Translations under genes and position numbers: made by a program
The notes under the pieces: generated by a model
The model's database searches: none
What the model was told of the DNA's origin: nothing
The model's input: the letters and a program-made list of their open reading frames with translations, nothing else
Part shown: one piece after another, positions 1 to 10,890 of the stretch
Layout of the letters: each line of letters starts with the position of its first letter
How positions within the stretch are numbered: the stretch's first letter is position 1
Assembly (NCBI GenBank): GCA_964291655.2
Contig: OZ219802.1
Coordinates: forward strand, 1,824,001 to 1,888,000
Direction: 5' to 3'
From: Chloroflexota bacterium
Lineage (GTDB): Bacteria > Chloroflexota > UBA11872 > VXOZ01
DNA: 64,000 nt

Positions 1-498
1 CCACACGAGATCGTCTGCCTGGGCTTGAGCTACGTGCCGCAGGCAGACAACACGTTCTTGAGCCTCACGGTGCAGGAAAACCTGGCAATGGGCGCGTTCC
101 TACGCTCCGACGGCTACGCGAAACAAACGGAGATGGTCTATGAGCTCTTTCCTGATCTCAAGGAACGCCGCCAGGCCAAAGTCTCGTCACTGAGCGGCGG
201 CCAGCGGCAAATGGTGGCGATGGCCCGCGCGCTGATGCTCGATCCACGGCTGCTGCTGCTCGACGAACCCACGGCGGGCCTCGCGCCGGTATTTGTAGAG
301 ACGGTGTTCGCGCAGATTGCGCACGTTAACGCACAGGGCATTGCGGTGCTAATGGTGGAACAGAACGCGCGCATGGCGTTGGAACATACGCAGCGGGGCT
401 ACGTGCTGGCGAGCGGAGAGAACCGCTTCACCGACGCCAGCAGCGCGCTGCTGGCGAATGAGGAAGTTGCGCGGCTCTATCTGGGAGGAGACATTTGA
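1..498 (+). CDS. livF: Branched-chain amino acid ABC transporter ATP-binding protein (5'-truncated by window edge)
   Basis: LSGGQRQM signature, [13 protein letters not shown] Walker B/D-loop, VEQN switch, C-terminal YLGG; upstream of livH/livM. Confidence 0.92.
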   Translation, partial: PHEIVCLGLSYVPQADNTFLSLTVQENLAMGAFLRSDGYAKQTEMVYELFPDLKERRQAKVSSLSGGQRQMVAMARALMLDPRLLLLDEPTAGLAPVFVETVFAQIAHVNAQGIAVLMVEQNARMALEHTQRGYVLASGENRFTDASSALLANEEVARLYLGGDI

Positions 499-682
499 TT
501 AGCTCAGTCATTCAGGTGAGAGCCGGGTTTCAACGGCATAAGGTTGCGCGCGGCAGCTTGTTCTCAGACCTTGCTTACTCCCATCTCAACCCTTCATTAG
601 CAAAGAGACGTCTGTATTGCTCTGCTGGGCAGGTGGAAGTGAGTTGGATGGCGAGTTTTTCCCCTCACCCCGGCCCTCTCCC

Positions 683-970
683 TGTACAGACCGGGGACAT
701 AGGTAACAGTTGTTCGGGGACATGGGTTACACATTTTACTGATTGACACCTACGAGAGCATTGGGTTGGTCCGGGTTTGATAAGAGACTGGCGACACAGT
801 GCACTCACTTTCAGCCTGTCAGCTTGTGCCAGAGAAACAAACTGTGTGCATAAGGATATTGAGCGGATCTAACTTTCAAGGCAAGGACATCGCATACTAC
901 GAAAATCCCCTCGTTCTATGGTGTAACCTATGTGCCCGAACATGTGTAACCCATGTACCCGGTCTATACA
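683..970. mobile_element. 288-bp non-autonomous IS481-derived MITE, copy 1
   Basis: TGTACAGACCGGGGACAT...GGTCTATACA ends match the IS481 at 49481-50745; flanked by CTCCC duplication inside a CCCTCTCCC/GGGAGAGGG hairpin; second copy at 54043-54330. Confidence 0.88.
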
Positions 971-1254
971 CTCCCCAGGGAGAGGGAGTCATTTAGGCCC
1001 GGACGTCTTCAGAGAGAGGGAGGGTCTTGCCGTCCCGGCCGTCGCCAGAGAGATAGAGGATCTTGCCATCCCAGTCCTCTTCCCAGGGAGAGGGAGTCAT
1101 TTGGGCCCGGAAGTCTTCAGATAGAGGGAGTATCTTGCCGCCTTTCGTCCGGGGGAATGCAGCAGACCGAACGTCCGCGCATGCCTCGCGGAACGTTACG
1201 GAGGTCGCAGGCAAGGGGGAAGGAGTACCGCAAGGGTCTCCGAGGTGGAGCGGC

Positions 1255-2172
1255 ATGATTGCACTGGTCGTGGACGGCATCATTCTCGGCAGCATCCTCT
1301 CCCTGGGCGCGGTGAGCCTTACCTTGGTGTATGGCATCGTGCGCTTTGCCAACTTCGCCCACGGCGACTTGATGGCCGTAGGCGCGTACGTGGCGTTCTT
1401 CCTCGTGAACACGGTCTTCGCGATGCTGGGTCTGCCGAATGTTACGTTTGGGCCGCTCTCGTTCGGCTTGCCGATGCTGCTTGCACTTCCGATCGCAATG
1501 CTCGTTACAGCGGCTGTTGCCGTGATTGTCGATCGGCTGGTTTTTCGTCCCATGCGGCGGCGGCGCTACGCTACGGTGATGTTCGTTATCGGTTCCTTAG
1601 CGGTCGCCTTTGCCATACGCGCCTTGCTCTTCATCATCTGGGGGCCGGAGTTTCACTTCTTTACGCAAGCCTTGCGGCCGGCCATGCAACTGCCATTCGA
1701 AGTCCGCGTAAAGCCCGATCAAGTTTTCATTCTGTTTGCCTGCCTCTCCATGGTTGTGGGTCTGTATCTCTTCTTGCAGCGCTCGAAGATCGGCCAGGCG
1801 CTCCGCGCCACGGCGGATAACCCGGATTTGGCGCGCATCAGCGGCATCAATACCGAGCACATGATGGTCTGGACCTGGGCTATCGGGGCGGCTATGGCGG
1901 CGACCGCGGGCATTCTGCTCGGCATCGACTCGCAATTGCGCCCGGAGATGGGATGGAATTTGCTGCTGCCGCTCTTTGCCGCAGCCATTCTCGGCGGCAT
2001 CGGCAACCCGTACGGCGCGTTGGTCGGCGGTATGATAATAGGGATCGTGCAGCAGGTGTCGACGGCATTCATCTTGCCCACGTATAAGCCCGCCGTGGCG
2101 TTTGTGATTCTGATATTGGTGCTGCTTATTCGCCCGCGGGGGTTATTCGGTAGCGAGGAACGGGGATTTTAA
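1255..2172 (+). CDS. livH: Branched-chain amino acid ABC transporter permease
   Basis: GIVRFANFAHG motif, LRATADNPDLARISGIN loop, ILGGIGN; start placed at ATG 1255 after GGAG. Confidence 0.92.
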   Translation: MIALVVDGIILGSILSLGAVSLTLVYGIVRFANFAHGDLMAVGAYVAFFLVNTVFAMLGLPNVTFGPLSFGLPMLLALPIAMLVTAAVAVIVDRLVFRPMRRRRYATVMFVIGSLAVAFAIRALLFIIWGPEFHFFTQALRPAMQLPFEVRVKPDQVFILFACLSMVVGLYLFLQRSKIGQALRATADNPDLARISGINTEHMMVWTWAIGAAMAATAGILLGIDSQLRPEMGWNLLLPLFAAAILGGIGNPYGALVGGMIIGIVQQVSTAFILPTYKPAVAFVILILVLLIRPRGLFGSEERGF

Positions 2173-2280
2173 AGGTAGTTGGCGGGTAGCGCAGGTCTAC
2201 AACCTGCGTCTGCATCGATCGTACTTTCGCCGCAACTTGAAGTCGAAATCGCTGAGTACAAGGAGAGCACAAGAAGCAGC

Positions 2281-3270
2281 ATGGCACTCGAGGCAATCCT
2301 GAGTTCCGGCATACTGAATTATCTGGTCGGTTTCCTCATCGTCGCCGGCATCTACGCGCTGTTCACGCTCGGCCTGAACGTGCACTTCGGCGACACCGGT
2401 CTCATCAACTTCGGTGTCGCCGGGTTCTTTGCCATTGGCGCCTACACAGCGGCGTTGGTCACAAAGCCGCTGCCCACAGGTGAACTTGCCCGCTACACCC
2501 AGCAGGCGCTCGGCCTCAACCAGCCGTTTCTCGTGGGAGTCATTGCCGCTGCCGTCGTCTGCGGCATCGTGGCTGTGCTCATAGGGATACCGACTCTCCG
2601 GCTCCGCGAGGACTACCTGGCAATTGCTACCATCGGCATCGCCGAGAGCATCCGGCTGGTTTTTAACAATGAGCAGTGGTTGGCCAATGGTTCGAAAGGA
2701 CTGGTGGGCATCCCGCGACCGCTCTACGACCTGGTGCCGTCCGCGTACTACAACTACATCTATCTCGGCATCGTTGTGCTCGTGGTCGCGTTCGTCGCCA
2801 TACTGCTGGAGCGGATGATCCGCTCACCGTGGGGACGCGTGCTGCGGGCAATCCGGGAAGATGAGGTGGTGGCTGCCGCCTATGGAAAGAACGTGTTCGG
2901 CTTCAAGCTGCAAGCCTTGGTGCTCGGCGCGATGGTAATGGGCGTGGGCGGCGCGCTTTACGCCCACAACGCCGGCACCATCAGTCCCGGCGTGTTTGAG
3001 CCGGTTTTCGGCACGTTCATCGTTTGGGTAATGCTCATACTGGGAGGCAGCGGCAACACGAAAGGCGTCATCCTCGGCGCTTTCGTCTTCTGGGCCATCT
3101 GGGCGGGAACGCAGTTTGCTACCGACGCGCTCGTACCGCCCGCCTTGAACGCGCGCGCCCCGCACTTCCGCTTTCTCCTCATGGAAACGCTGCTCGTGCT
3201 GATGCTGCTCTTCCGTCCCAAAGGCATCCTGGGGGAGGAACGCTTCGTGTCTACTCTGCGGCCGCACTGA
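2281..3270 (+). CDS. livM: Branched-chain amino acid ABC transporter permease
   Basis: GDTGLINFG, LRLREDYLAIATIG, GRVLRAIREDE motifs; start uncertain because the upstream extension runs through a repeat. Confidence 0.9.
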   Translation: MALEAILSSGILNYLVGFLIVAGIYALFTLGLNVHFGDTGLINFGVAGFFAIGAYTAALVTKPLPTGELARYTQQALGLNQPFLVGVIAAAVVCGIVAVLIGIPTLRLREDYLAIATIGIAESIRLVFNNEQWLANGSKGLVGIPRPLYDLVPSAYYNYIYLGIVVLVVAFVAILLERMIRSPWGRVLRAIREDEVVAAAYGKNVFGFKLQALVLGAMVMGVGGALYAHNAGTISPGVFEPVFGTFIVWVMLILGGSGNTKGVILGAFVFWAIWAGTQFATDALVPPALNARAPHFRFLLMETLLVLMLLFRPKGILGEERFVSTLRPH

Positions 3271-3409
3271 CCCAAGTAATCCTATTCCCTCGGTTGTTTG
3301 AGAACAGGATTGCTGCCGATTCTCGTCCGTTCATACTTCGACAAGCTCAGTACGAACGGAGGCGCAGATTAGAGCCACCATATGGAGATAACCCGCAACG
3401 AAGTGTGTG

Positions 3410-4333
3410 CTACGGCGGCGTGCAGCCGGGGCCGCCGCGAATGTTGAGGGTAACTTCGGCATTCTGTTCGGCTGGAAAGCCGGGCAATGGATTCTGGCTG
3501 GCCACCGTGCCGCATTCCCCTGAGTCGTTGGTTAGGGTGATGCCGAGCTTACCGCGAAAACCGCTCGCATTGAGGTCTTCCTGCGCAATGGCAAATTGTT
3601 TGTTGCGTACATCCGGTACGGACACACGGTCAGTCCCTTTGCTCACCGTGAGACGCACGATACTGCCCGGCTCTACTTGCGTGCCACTAACTGGCTCTTG
3701 AGCCAGCACCATACCCGCCGGGACGGTAAAGCTGCCCTGCTCTATTTCCTCGACCGTCACACCCAGCAGTTGCAGTTGCTCGCGAGCGTTCTCTACCGTA
3801 ATGCCCACCACTTCCGGCATTGTCGGATTCTCGGGTCCCTTGCTGATCCTGACCGTAACGATGAAGCCCTCATCTACCTCGGCATTCGCCGCCGGGGATT
3901 GGCTCACAACACGACCGGGAGCGACAGTTTCGTCGAATACTTCCTCTGTCTCGGCGGCTAACCCGTACTGCTCCAGCAAAGCAACCGCCCGCTCCTCAGA
4001 AAGCTGGATGAGATTCGGCACGGCAGTGCGCGGTGTGGGAGAAGGCTGCGCGATTTGGCCTCGCGACGGCGTAGGCACGGTATTGGGTGTCGGGCGTATG
4101 GGTGCCCTGGGCTCGCTGGTGGCGGAAGGCGAGAGAATGGGAACATCGTCAAGCAGCGTTCCCAGGTCCGGCACCAGGCGGAAACCGAGCCACAGCGCGA
4201 TGATCGCCGCGATGAATATGAGCGGGATACCCCAGCGGGATGCCGGTTCCGGCGACCGCCTGTCCGGCCTCTCAGGTCTTCTCGATCCCCCCGATCCAAG
4301 CAATCTCACACTCCTCGCTTTGCCTTGGCGCAA
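3410..4333 (-). CDS. Membrane-anchored PASTA-domain protein (3 PASTA repeats, no kinase domain)
   Basis: One TM helix, Pro-rich linker, repeats VPNLIQL..VVSQSP, MPEVVG..VLAQEP, VPDVRN..VASQNP. Confidence 0.85.
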   Translation of the reverse strand: MRQGKARSVRLLGSGGSRRPERPDRRSPEPASRWGIPLIFIAAIIALWLGFRLVPDLGTLLDDVPILSPSATSEPRAPIRPTPNTVPTPSRGQIAQPSPTPRTAVPNLIQLSEERAVALLEQYGLAAETEEVFDETVAPGRVVSQSPAANAEVDEGFIVTVRISKGPENPTMPEVVGITVENAREQLQLLGVTVEEIEQGSFTVPAGMVLAQEPVSGTQVEPGSIVRLTVSKGTDRVSVPDVRNKQFAIAQEDLNASGFRGKLGITLTNDSGECGTVASQNPLPGFPAEQNAEVTLNIRGGPGCTPP

Positions 4334-4599
4334 TACTGCTTCCGCTATTTATTCTCAATACCGCTCAAACTGGAAAACTCTGTCTCTGAATCATGCCAAG
4401 ACCTGCGCCAGGCCGCCCATCTATCGATCCTGCGACAAGCCTGTGCTGAGCGCTTCGGCAAGCTCAGGACAGGCAGCCTCAGAGCTTGCCACGTCCTCGA
4501 TACAAATTTATCGACACGATAAAGCGTATCGACACGATACGGGGACGTACAAATGCCACCTCGCATGTACGGAAGAATCTCTGCGGGGAGCTCCGCCGC

Positions 4600-7500
4600 T
4601 CAACCCACGGGCGAGAGCATCTGGTCGCGCAACTCTTCCAGGTGGAGTGACAGCACCTGCGATACGCCTTCCTCCGACATGCTCACACCGAAGAGCGCAT
4701 CCGCCATCTCCATAGTGCCACGATTGTGGGTAATGACCAAGAACTGAGTCTCTCGCCCGTACTCGCGGAGCAAGCGGCAGAAGCGGCCGATGTTCGTTTC
4801 ATCCAACATCGCGTCCGCTTCGTCGAGCAGGCAGAGCGGCGTGGCACGGGCACTGAGCAAAGCAAACAGCAACGCCAAAGCCACGAGCGCCCGTTCACCG
4901 CCGGAAAGGAGAGAGAGCGCCTGCCGCCGCTTACCCGGAAGTCGCACTGTAATCTCGATACCGGTCTGGTCCGGGTTTTGGGGATCGGTCAGCGTCAAGT
5001 CGGCGTCACCGCCGTCGAACAGCACTTTCACCATTGCGCGGAATTCCTCCGCGACGCGCTGGAATGTCGCCGTAAAGTCCTGGCGAATAGTGCGGCGGAG
5101 TTGTCGTTTTACCTCGTCCAGGTCTTCCCCGGCGGCTTCCAGATCGGCAATCTGCTCGCGGAGAAACGTCGCACGCTCTGCCAGCAGAGAGAATTCCTCC
5201 ACGGCAAGCGGGTTGACGGGACCGATCCGCCGCAAGCGATTCCGCAGCGAGGTCACGCTGCTTTGCAGTTCTTCCAAGGGCTCGGCTGCAGGCTTGGGTA
5301 CCGGCTCTACTTCGGGCTCGTCGCTCAGCCAACGCACCACCGTATCTTCGCGGCGCTGCTGTATGCCCGCCAGCACCTGCTCAGCGCGACTGTGGTCCAC
5401 GGTGCGCGCGGTCCGCTGATTCTCCAGTTCGGCCTTGGCCCGGACCAGCGCGCCGTGCCGCACGCCTAGTTGCTCCAGGGCGGCGCGCTGCTTCTTTCTC
5501 TGTGTATCGGCTTCTTCAAGTTGGACCGCAGTCTGCTGGGAAGTCTCAGCGGTTGACACCACTTCCGTCTGAAGCGCGCGGAGCGCCTCTTCTCGCTCCA
5601 AGCGCGTGGCCGCGAGCGTGCTGCGCTCGCGCAGGAGACCCTGTTGCTCCGCACGCAATTGGGCAATGGCGCGGGTCAGATGCTCTTTCCGCTGCTGCTG
5701 TACGGCAAGCTGAGTCTGCAAAGAATTCACCGTGGCACGCTGTGTCTCTACTTCCTGTTGCTGCGCATTGCCTATGCGCTCTCTCTCGCCGATCTCGCGC
5801 GTTAGACGCTCCTTGGCGGCGACGGCCAACGGCGCTTCGCGCTCTCGCGACGCGATGGCGTCTTCAAGCTCGTCCTGTTGCGCACGCGTCTCCCGCTCCA
5901 CCTGCTCCCACCACGCGCACTGCCGCGCCAATTCATCGTATTCGTGGGTGTGCCGCTGTAACGCGGCGTTGGCAGTTCGCGCCCCGTCAGCACGCTGCGC
6001 ATGCGCCTTGGCTGCCGCGCGTTCTTCTCCGCGCAGTTGTTCTTGCCGGGCACGCAGCGCGGACTCTTTCTCTTCCAATTCTTCACATTGACGACGCACC
6101 TCTGCCAAGCGCGCGGAAAGCGTGCGATACTGCGCTTGCTGCTGCCCGCGCTGCACCGACGCCTGCGCATAGCGGTAGACGCCGTTACTGTAGACCACGC
6201 CGTCTACGCTTACGATCAGAGGCCAGGGGTGCCGGGCGGCGAAAGTGGGAATGGCGGCAATGTCCTTGACCACGAGAATTGCTGCAAGCAATGGCTCAAG
6301 AGCAGCGCTCTCGGGAGGTAGCGCTATGAGATCGGCGGCGCACCCAATGACGCCGGGATGATTGGGAACTGAGCGTGCTTCCGAGTGCAGAAGTTCAACC
6401 GCCAGCACGGTTGCGTTCGCGGCAGCCACGCTCACCAGGTGTTCGACGAGTTTCTCCGCATCTCGAACACTCTCGGCGAAATACGCCTCGCTCGGCAATG
6501 CGGCTTCGATAGCGGTAGCGATGTCTGCGGGCAGTCCCGTCTCTGCAATTGGCGGCAATAGCGTCACGCCAACCTTGGCCGCTATTGCGGCAGGCTTCGA
6601 ATCTTCGTCTGCCGCGGCACCTGCCAGGATAGCGCGTAAGGCTTCTGTGCGGCCTTCCAAGTCAGCGCGATGGCGGAGGGGACGTTGTCGCTCCTTCTCA
6701 AGTCGATGCAGTTCCTGCTCCACCGACGCCAGCGCGGATTCGGCTTTCTCTTTCGCGGCAAGCCGGACAGCTTCCTCGGCCTGAAGTGTGTCCGCCTGTT
6801 TCTGCAGCGTTGCCAGGGACGCGGCACGGTCGCGCTGCTGCTTGCGCACGTGTTGCAATTGTTCCGCCGCTTCGGCAGAGCGGGTCAATACCGCTTCGCG
6901 TTGGCGTTTCCCGTCGTTGATCGCAGCAGTGAGGCTGCTGAGCCGGGTGGTAACGGCAACCCCTTCCTGCCGAAGTTGCTGCAGGGCGCTCTCCGCCTCC
7001 TGACGCGCTTCTTCTTTGCGCGCAATGCCACCCCGCACCGCATGCCACTCACCTTGAAGTGCGGTGAGCGCCTCAGTTGCCTCGGCTAAGACCGCTTCCT
7101 GCTCCGGCAGTCGCGCAATTGCGGCCTCATGCCGGGCGACCAGATCCGTTTCCCGGGACTCGGCTTCCTCCGCGCTCCTGCGTAGATGGGTCTGCCGCTC
7201 CTGCTGTACTGCCTGCCGCCGGGCAAGCTCATTCAAGCGGCTGCGCAGGCCTCCGACGCGCGCTTCCAAGCGGTGCATGCCCTGCTGGTGCTCCTGCATG
7301 GCCTGCTCCAATTGCTTGCGTTCAAGGTCCTGGCCCGTGATCCGGGTATCTAGCGTGGTGAGGACCGCCTGAATCCGTTCAAGGTCTTGGGTTGCCGCTT
7401 GTTCTTCCGCGACAAGCTGCGCCAGTTGCGCCGCGTACCAGGCGTGCAGCGCTTGGGCGAGTTCCTGCTGGAGCACCTCCGCTCTCTGGGCCTCCTTCGC

Positions 7501-8118
7501 TTGGGTTTCCAGGACGGCAAGGCGCGGCTCCAGTTCGAGAAGTATGTCGCGCACCCGGTTCATGTTGTCGTGTACACGGAGGATCTTGTTTTCCGCCTCG
7601 TGCTCCTGCATGTAGAGTGAGCGTACACCGGCGGCTTCCTCCAGCAAGACGCGGCGGTCCTCCGGCCGCTGCGCCAGCACTTGATCGACCAGCCCCTGCC
7701 CAATCATCATGCCTTGCCCAATACCGGCGTCCGCGAGCAGTTGCTGAATATCACGCAGACGCACGCGATTGCCATTGAGGAGGTATTCATTCTCACCGGA
7801 GCGGTACGCCCGCCGGGAAATGCTGATTTCGGCGAGTTCCAGGGGGAACGTGCCGTCCTCGTTATCGAAGGTGAGCGTAACCTCGGTCATGCTGCCCTGC
7901 GCACGCCGGGGCGTGCCCGCAAAGACGACGTCTTCGCTCTTGCGCCCCCGTAAGGCCAGCATGCTCTGCTCGCCCAGCGCCCAACGGATCGCGTCTGCGA
8001 GGTTGCTCTTGCCGCTGCCGTTCGGGCCGACTATGGCGGTAATCCCCTGCGGGAAGGCCAGCCTGGTCCTGGTAGGAAACGTCTTGAAGCCGTGAATTTC
8101 AAGCTGTGTAAGGTACAT
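4600..8118 (-). CDS. smc: Chromosome segregation protein SMC
   Basis: GPNGSGKSN Walker A, long coiled coils, LSGGE signature, LLDEADAMLD; follows rnc. Confidence 0.97.
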   Translation of the reverse strand: MYLTQLEIHGFKTFPTRTRLAFPQGITAIVGPNGSGKSNLADAIRWALGEQSMLALRGRKSEDVVFAGTPRRAQGSMTEVTLTFDNEDGTFPLELAEISISRRAYRSGENEYLLNGNRVRLRDIQQLLADAGIGQGMMIGQGLVDQVLAQRPEDRRVLLEEAAGVRSLYMQEHEAENKILRVHDNMNRVRDILLELEPRLAVLETQAKEAQRAEVLQQELAQALHAWYAAQLAQLVAEEQAATQDLERIQAVLTTLDTRITGQDLERKQLEQAMQEHQQGMHRLEARVGGLRSRLNELARRQAVQQERQTHLRRSAEEAESRETDLVARHEAAIARLPEQEAVLAEATEALTALQGEWHAVRGGIARKEEARQEAESALQQLRQEGVAVTTRLSSLTAAINDGKRQREAVLTRSAEAAEQLQHVRKQQRDRAASLATLQKQADTLQAEEAVRLAAKEKAESALASVEQELHRLEKERQRPLRHRADLEGRTEALRAILAGAAADEDSKPAAIAAKVGVTLLPPIAETGLPADIATAIEAALPSEAYFAESVRDAEKLVEHLVSVAAANATVLAVELLHSEARSVPNHPGVIGCAADLIALPPESAALEPLLAAILVVKDIAAIPTFAARHPWPLIVSVDGVVYSNGVYRYAQASVQRGQQQAQYRTLSARLAEVRRQCEELEEKESALRARQEQLRGEERAAAKAHAQRADGARTANAALQRHTHEYDELARQCAWWEQVERETRAQQDELEDAIASREREAPLAVAAKERLTREIGERERIGNAQQQEVETQRATVNSLQTQLAVQQQRKEHLTRAIAQLRAEQQGLLRERSTLAATRLEREEALRALQTEVVSTAETSQQTAVQLEEADTQRKKQRAALEQLGVRHGALVRAKAELENQRTARTVDHSRAEQVLAGIQQRREDTVVRWLSDEPEVEPVPKPAAEPLEELQSSVTSLRNRLRRIGPVNPLAVEEFSLLAERATFLREQIADLEAAGEDLDEVKRQLRRTIRQDFTATFQRVAEEFRAMVKVLFDGGDADLTLTDPQNPDQTGIEITVRLPGKRRQALSLLSGGERALVALALLFALLSARATPLCLLDEADAMLDETNIGRFCRLLREYGRETQFLVITHNRGTMEMADALFGVSMSEEGVSQVLSLHLEELRDQMLSPVG

Positions 8119-8123
8119 AGGAA

Positions 8124-8867
8124 CTATGTGGGTGAGGTGTAATATGCCGGCAGCGGGTCTTCAGTTTCGATCTGCTCCAATGCTCGTGCCGCAGCAACTT
8201 GCTCGGCCTTCTGGGTGCTGGAACCTTCGCCGGTGGCGAGCAAGGTCTTCTCCTGGTAGACGCCGACAATGAAGTGCCGCGCATGATCGGCGCCACTGGC
8301 CTCTAGCACGCGATACGTTGGCGTAATGTTGCACTCTGCTTGCAGGTGCTCCTGGAGTTGCGACTTGGCATTGAGATCGCCCGCGGTACTCAGAATGTGT
8401 TCGATTGCCGCTTCGAGTTGCGGGGTCAAGAAGGCGGTCACGTGCTCGATTGAAGTCTCGAGCAGGAGTGCGCCGATGACTGCTTCGAAACTGCCTGCCA
8501 AGATTGAGTCACGTTCGCGGCCGCGATTGGCTTCCTCGCCCTTGCCAAGACGGAGCACGGGGCCGAGGCAGGCGTCTTCCGCAAACACGCTCAACTGCTC
8601 TTTGCGTACGAGCGCCGCCCGCAAGCGCGATAAATCCCCCTCGGTCCTGGTGGGAAAGCGTCGATAGAGAAACTCGGCGGTTACGGCATCGATAACGGCA
8701 TCGCCGAGAAACTCGAGACGTTCGTTGCTCTCAAGGCTTGAGAGACCGTGCTCGTGCGCATACGACCGATGGGTGAGTGCTTGCGTGAGGAGAGACACAG
8801 CCGATTCAGGTATGCCGAGGGTCTCGCGAAGTTTCGTGAATTCAGCCAAATCTCGGGCAGTCGGCAC
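8124..8867 (-). CDS. rnc: Ribonuclease III
   Basis: NERLEFLGDAV signature and C-terminal dsRBD. Confidence 0.97.
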   Translation of the reverse strand: MPTARDLAEFTKLRETLGIPESAVSLLTQALTHRSYAHEHGLSSLESNERLEFLGDAVIDAVTAEFLYRRFPTRTEGDLSRLRAALVRKEQLSVFAEDACLGPVLRLGKGEEANRGRERDSILAGSFEAVIGALLLETSIEHVTAFLTPQLEAAIEHILSTAGDLNAKSQLQEHLQAECNITPTYRVLEASGADHARHFIVGVYQEKTLLATGEGSSTQKAEQVAAARALEQIETEDPLPAYYTSPT

Positions 8868-9055
8868 GATCTAATCCATTCACGTTTATGTGGGCGCTCA
8901 TGTTCGTGTAAGACATGGCCGGCCTCTTAGGCGGTCAAATTCCAGTAGCGCAGGTTTGTAACCTGCGGCCAACGGTGTCTTGGGGCAAGTCTTGCGCTTG
9001 ACTTACTTTGCTCGAAACATTGCCGCTAGGTCTTGCGTTACGCCAAATCCGGCCT

Positions 9056-9079
9056 GCGGGGGACAAGCCCCCGCGCTAC
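9056..9079. repeat. GTAG-type REP-like palindrome GTAGCGCGGGGGCTTGTCCCCCGC (representative copy)
   Basis: Intergenic copies also near 10921, 11895, 16831, 24688, 31608, 31971, 38691, 42050, 45395, 51790-52003, 56503, 58948. Confidence 0.85.
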
Positions 9080-9389
9080 TCCTGAATTACAGTGCTTGGC
9101 GTGGGATTCGCATATGCAGCAATCAAGGCCAGTGCGGCTAAACAGTGGAGTTTTGGCTGGATTGGCGCCGTATCCCCCTCACTCCGACCTTCTCCCCAGG
9201 GAGAGGGAGTGGCAAACTTCCCTCAGGATCTAGTTTCGCAATTGTCTCTGCATGGGAGTATTCTCATCCCTGCCCTCTCTCTGGAAAAGTGACTCTGCTC
9301 GCCCGTCGGGCCGGGTTGCGCGACAGTCTCCGTGGGAGCAATTGCCTCTTCGTTCGCAGCCAAACCGGTTCGTTAGCCTTGTGCCGTGC

Positions 9390-10160
9390 CTAGATCAGCG
9401 AACGGGACTGGCACCCGTCGACGGGGATGCACGTGCCGTTCACCCAACTCGCCCGGGGTGAGGCGAGAAAAGCGACCACGTTGCCTACTTCTTCCGTTGT
9501 CCCAAAACGTCCGCCCGGAATTTCGCGTTCGACAAAGTCGGCCATGCCGTCCGGGTCATCGTGCACGCGCCGGTCCCAGCTACCGCCGGGAAAACGGACC
9601 GAGCCGGGCGCGACACTATTCACCCGGATACTTTGGGGCGCAAGTTCGCGGGCAAGACTGGCGGCAAGACCGATCGCCGCCGCTTTCGTGCTGACGTATA
9701 CTGCCGAGCCGCCAAGCTCGCGGCCCCAGATCGACGATACAAATATTACGGAACCACCGCCTGCCGCCGCCAGATGGGGAATGGCAGCGCGGGTCATCCG
9801 CACGCCTGAGAGCAGATTCAAGCCGATGACTTCCTCCCATTCCTCGTCGCTCTGTTGCGGAAACGGCGTGCGGTTGTTGCCACCCACGTTGTTCACGAGT
9901 ACGTTGAGTTGCCCATAGGCTTCTATAGCAGCGCCGACAACGTGCGCCGCGGAATCCGGTTCCGTAACATCACGTGCAATGGTGAGCACCTCAGCGCCGC
10001 TATCACGCAACTCGGCAGCGGTCTCTGCGAGAGTCTCACTGCCGCGGGCGCAGATGGCCAGCTTACAGCCCTCTTGCGCGAGCGCCGCTGCGATGCCTTT
10101 GCCAATGCCGCGACTGGCGCCGGTGACGAGGGCAACGTGTCCGGCAAGTGCGAGGTTCAT
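9390..10160 (-). CDS. SDR family oxidoreductase (FabG-like)
   Basis: TGASRGIG, NNVG, YVSTK catalytic motif, IPVDG. Confidence 0.9.
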   Translation of the reverse strand: MNLALAGHVALVTGASRGIGKGIAAALAQEGCKLAICARGSETLAETAAELRDSGAEVLTIARDVTEPDSAAHVVGAAIEAYGQLNVLVNNVGGNNRTPFPQQSDEEWEEVIGLNLLSGVRMTRAAIPHLAAAGGGSVIFVSSIWGRELGGSAVYVSTKAAAIGLAASLARELAPQSIRVNSVAPGSVRFPGGSWDRRVHDDPDGMADFVEREIPGGRFGTTEEVGNVVAFLASPRASWVNGTCIPVDGCQSRSLI

Positions 10161-10177
10161 CTACCCGGTACGGAGCG

Positions 10178-10417
10178 CTAGCCGGAGGTCTGCTGATTGA
10201 TGAACGCTACGGCGTCTTTGATGCTGCGGATCTCCTGGGCCTGTTCATCCGAAATCTGGATGCCGTATTCGTCTTCCAGCGCCATGATAAGCTCGACCAG
10301 GTCGAGGGAATCCGCTTCCAGGTCTTCCTGGAAACGGGTCTCTTCCGAAATCTCGCCGATTTCCGCGCCGAGTTTATCCGCTACTACCGCTTTCACCTGC
10401 TCCAGTGTATCGCTCAT
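10178..10417 (-). CDS. acpP: Acyl carrier protein
   Basis: DLEADSLDLVELIMALE phosphopantetheine motif, 79 aa acidic protein. Confidence 0.97.
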   Translation of the reverse strand: MSDTLEQVKAVVADKLGAEIGEISEETRFQEDLEADSLDLVELIMALEDEYGIQISDEQAQEIRSIKDAVAFINQQTSG

Positions 10418-10863
10418 TACTTACTCCTCTAGGCTGTGCGAAACGACACTGCAAATCAATAAACTAGTGGGCTGCACTTCTGCCAAGATTGCTCTTGCCA
10501 CGGAGGGAGTGGCTACACTTCTCGTTCTCATCTCTCGGCGCCGGGGGCCGGCAATCGCCGCATGCGACATCGAATTACACTAGTTTCACATGGAAAGAAA
10601 CGGAACCGGAATCAATCGCTTGCACCTAGCTTACGCGGGTAGTTCCCGCTGTTCGCTTTGCCAAGCCACATCCCGTGCCCATCGGCGCCCTGGCACCCGA
10701 ATCCACTATCGTCCTGCGTCTTTCAATAGAACCCCGGAATGTACAGCGCAGCCGCACATTGCCATCAAGAAACTGAAACCAGCACTTCTATAAAGTATAT
10801 AACCACTGCTATGCGTTAAGAAAGTGTGAACGCGTGCGCTCCAGGACCTTTTCGTAGTTAATC

Positions 10864-10890
10864 CGTCATTCCCGCGAAAGCGGGAATCCA
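10864..10890. repeat. CGTC-type palindrome CGTCATTCCCGCGAAAGCGGGAATCCA (representative copy)
   Basis: Related copies near 41558, 42003-42134, 43521, 51751-52064, 57916-57985, 63941. Confidence 0.82.
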
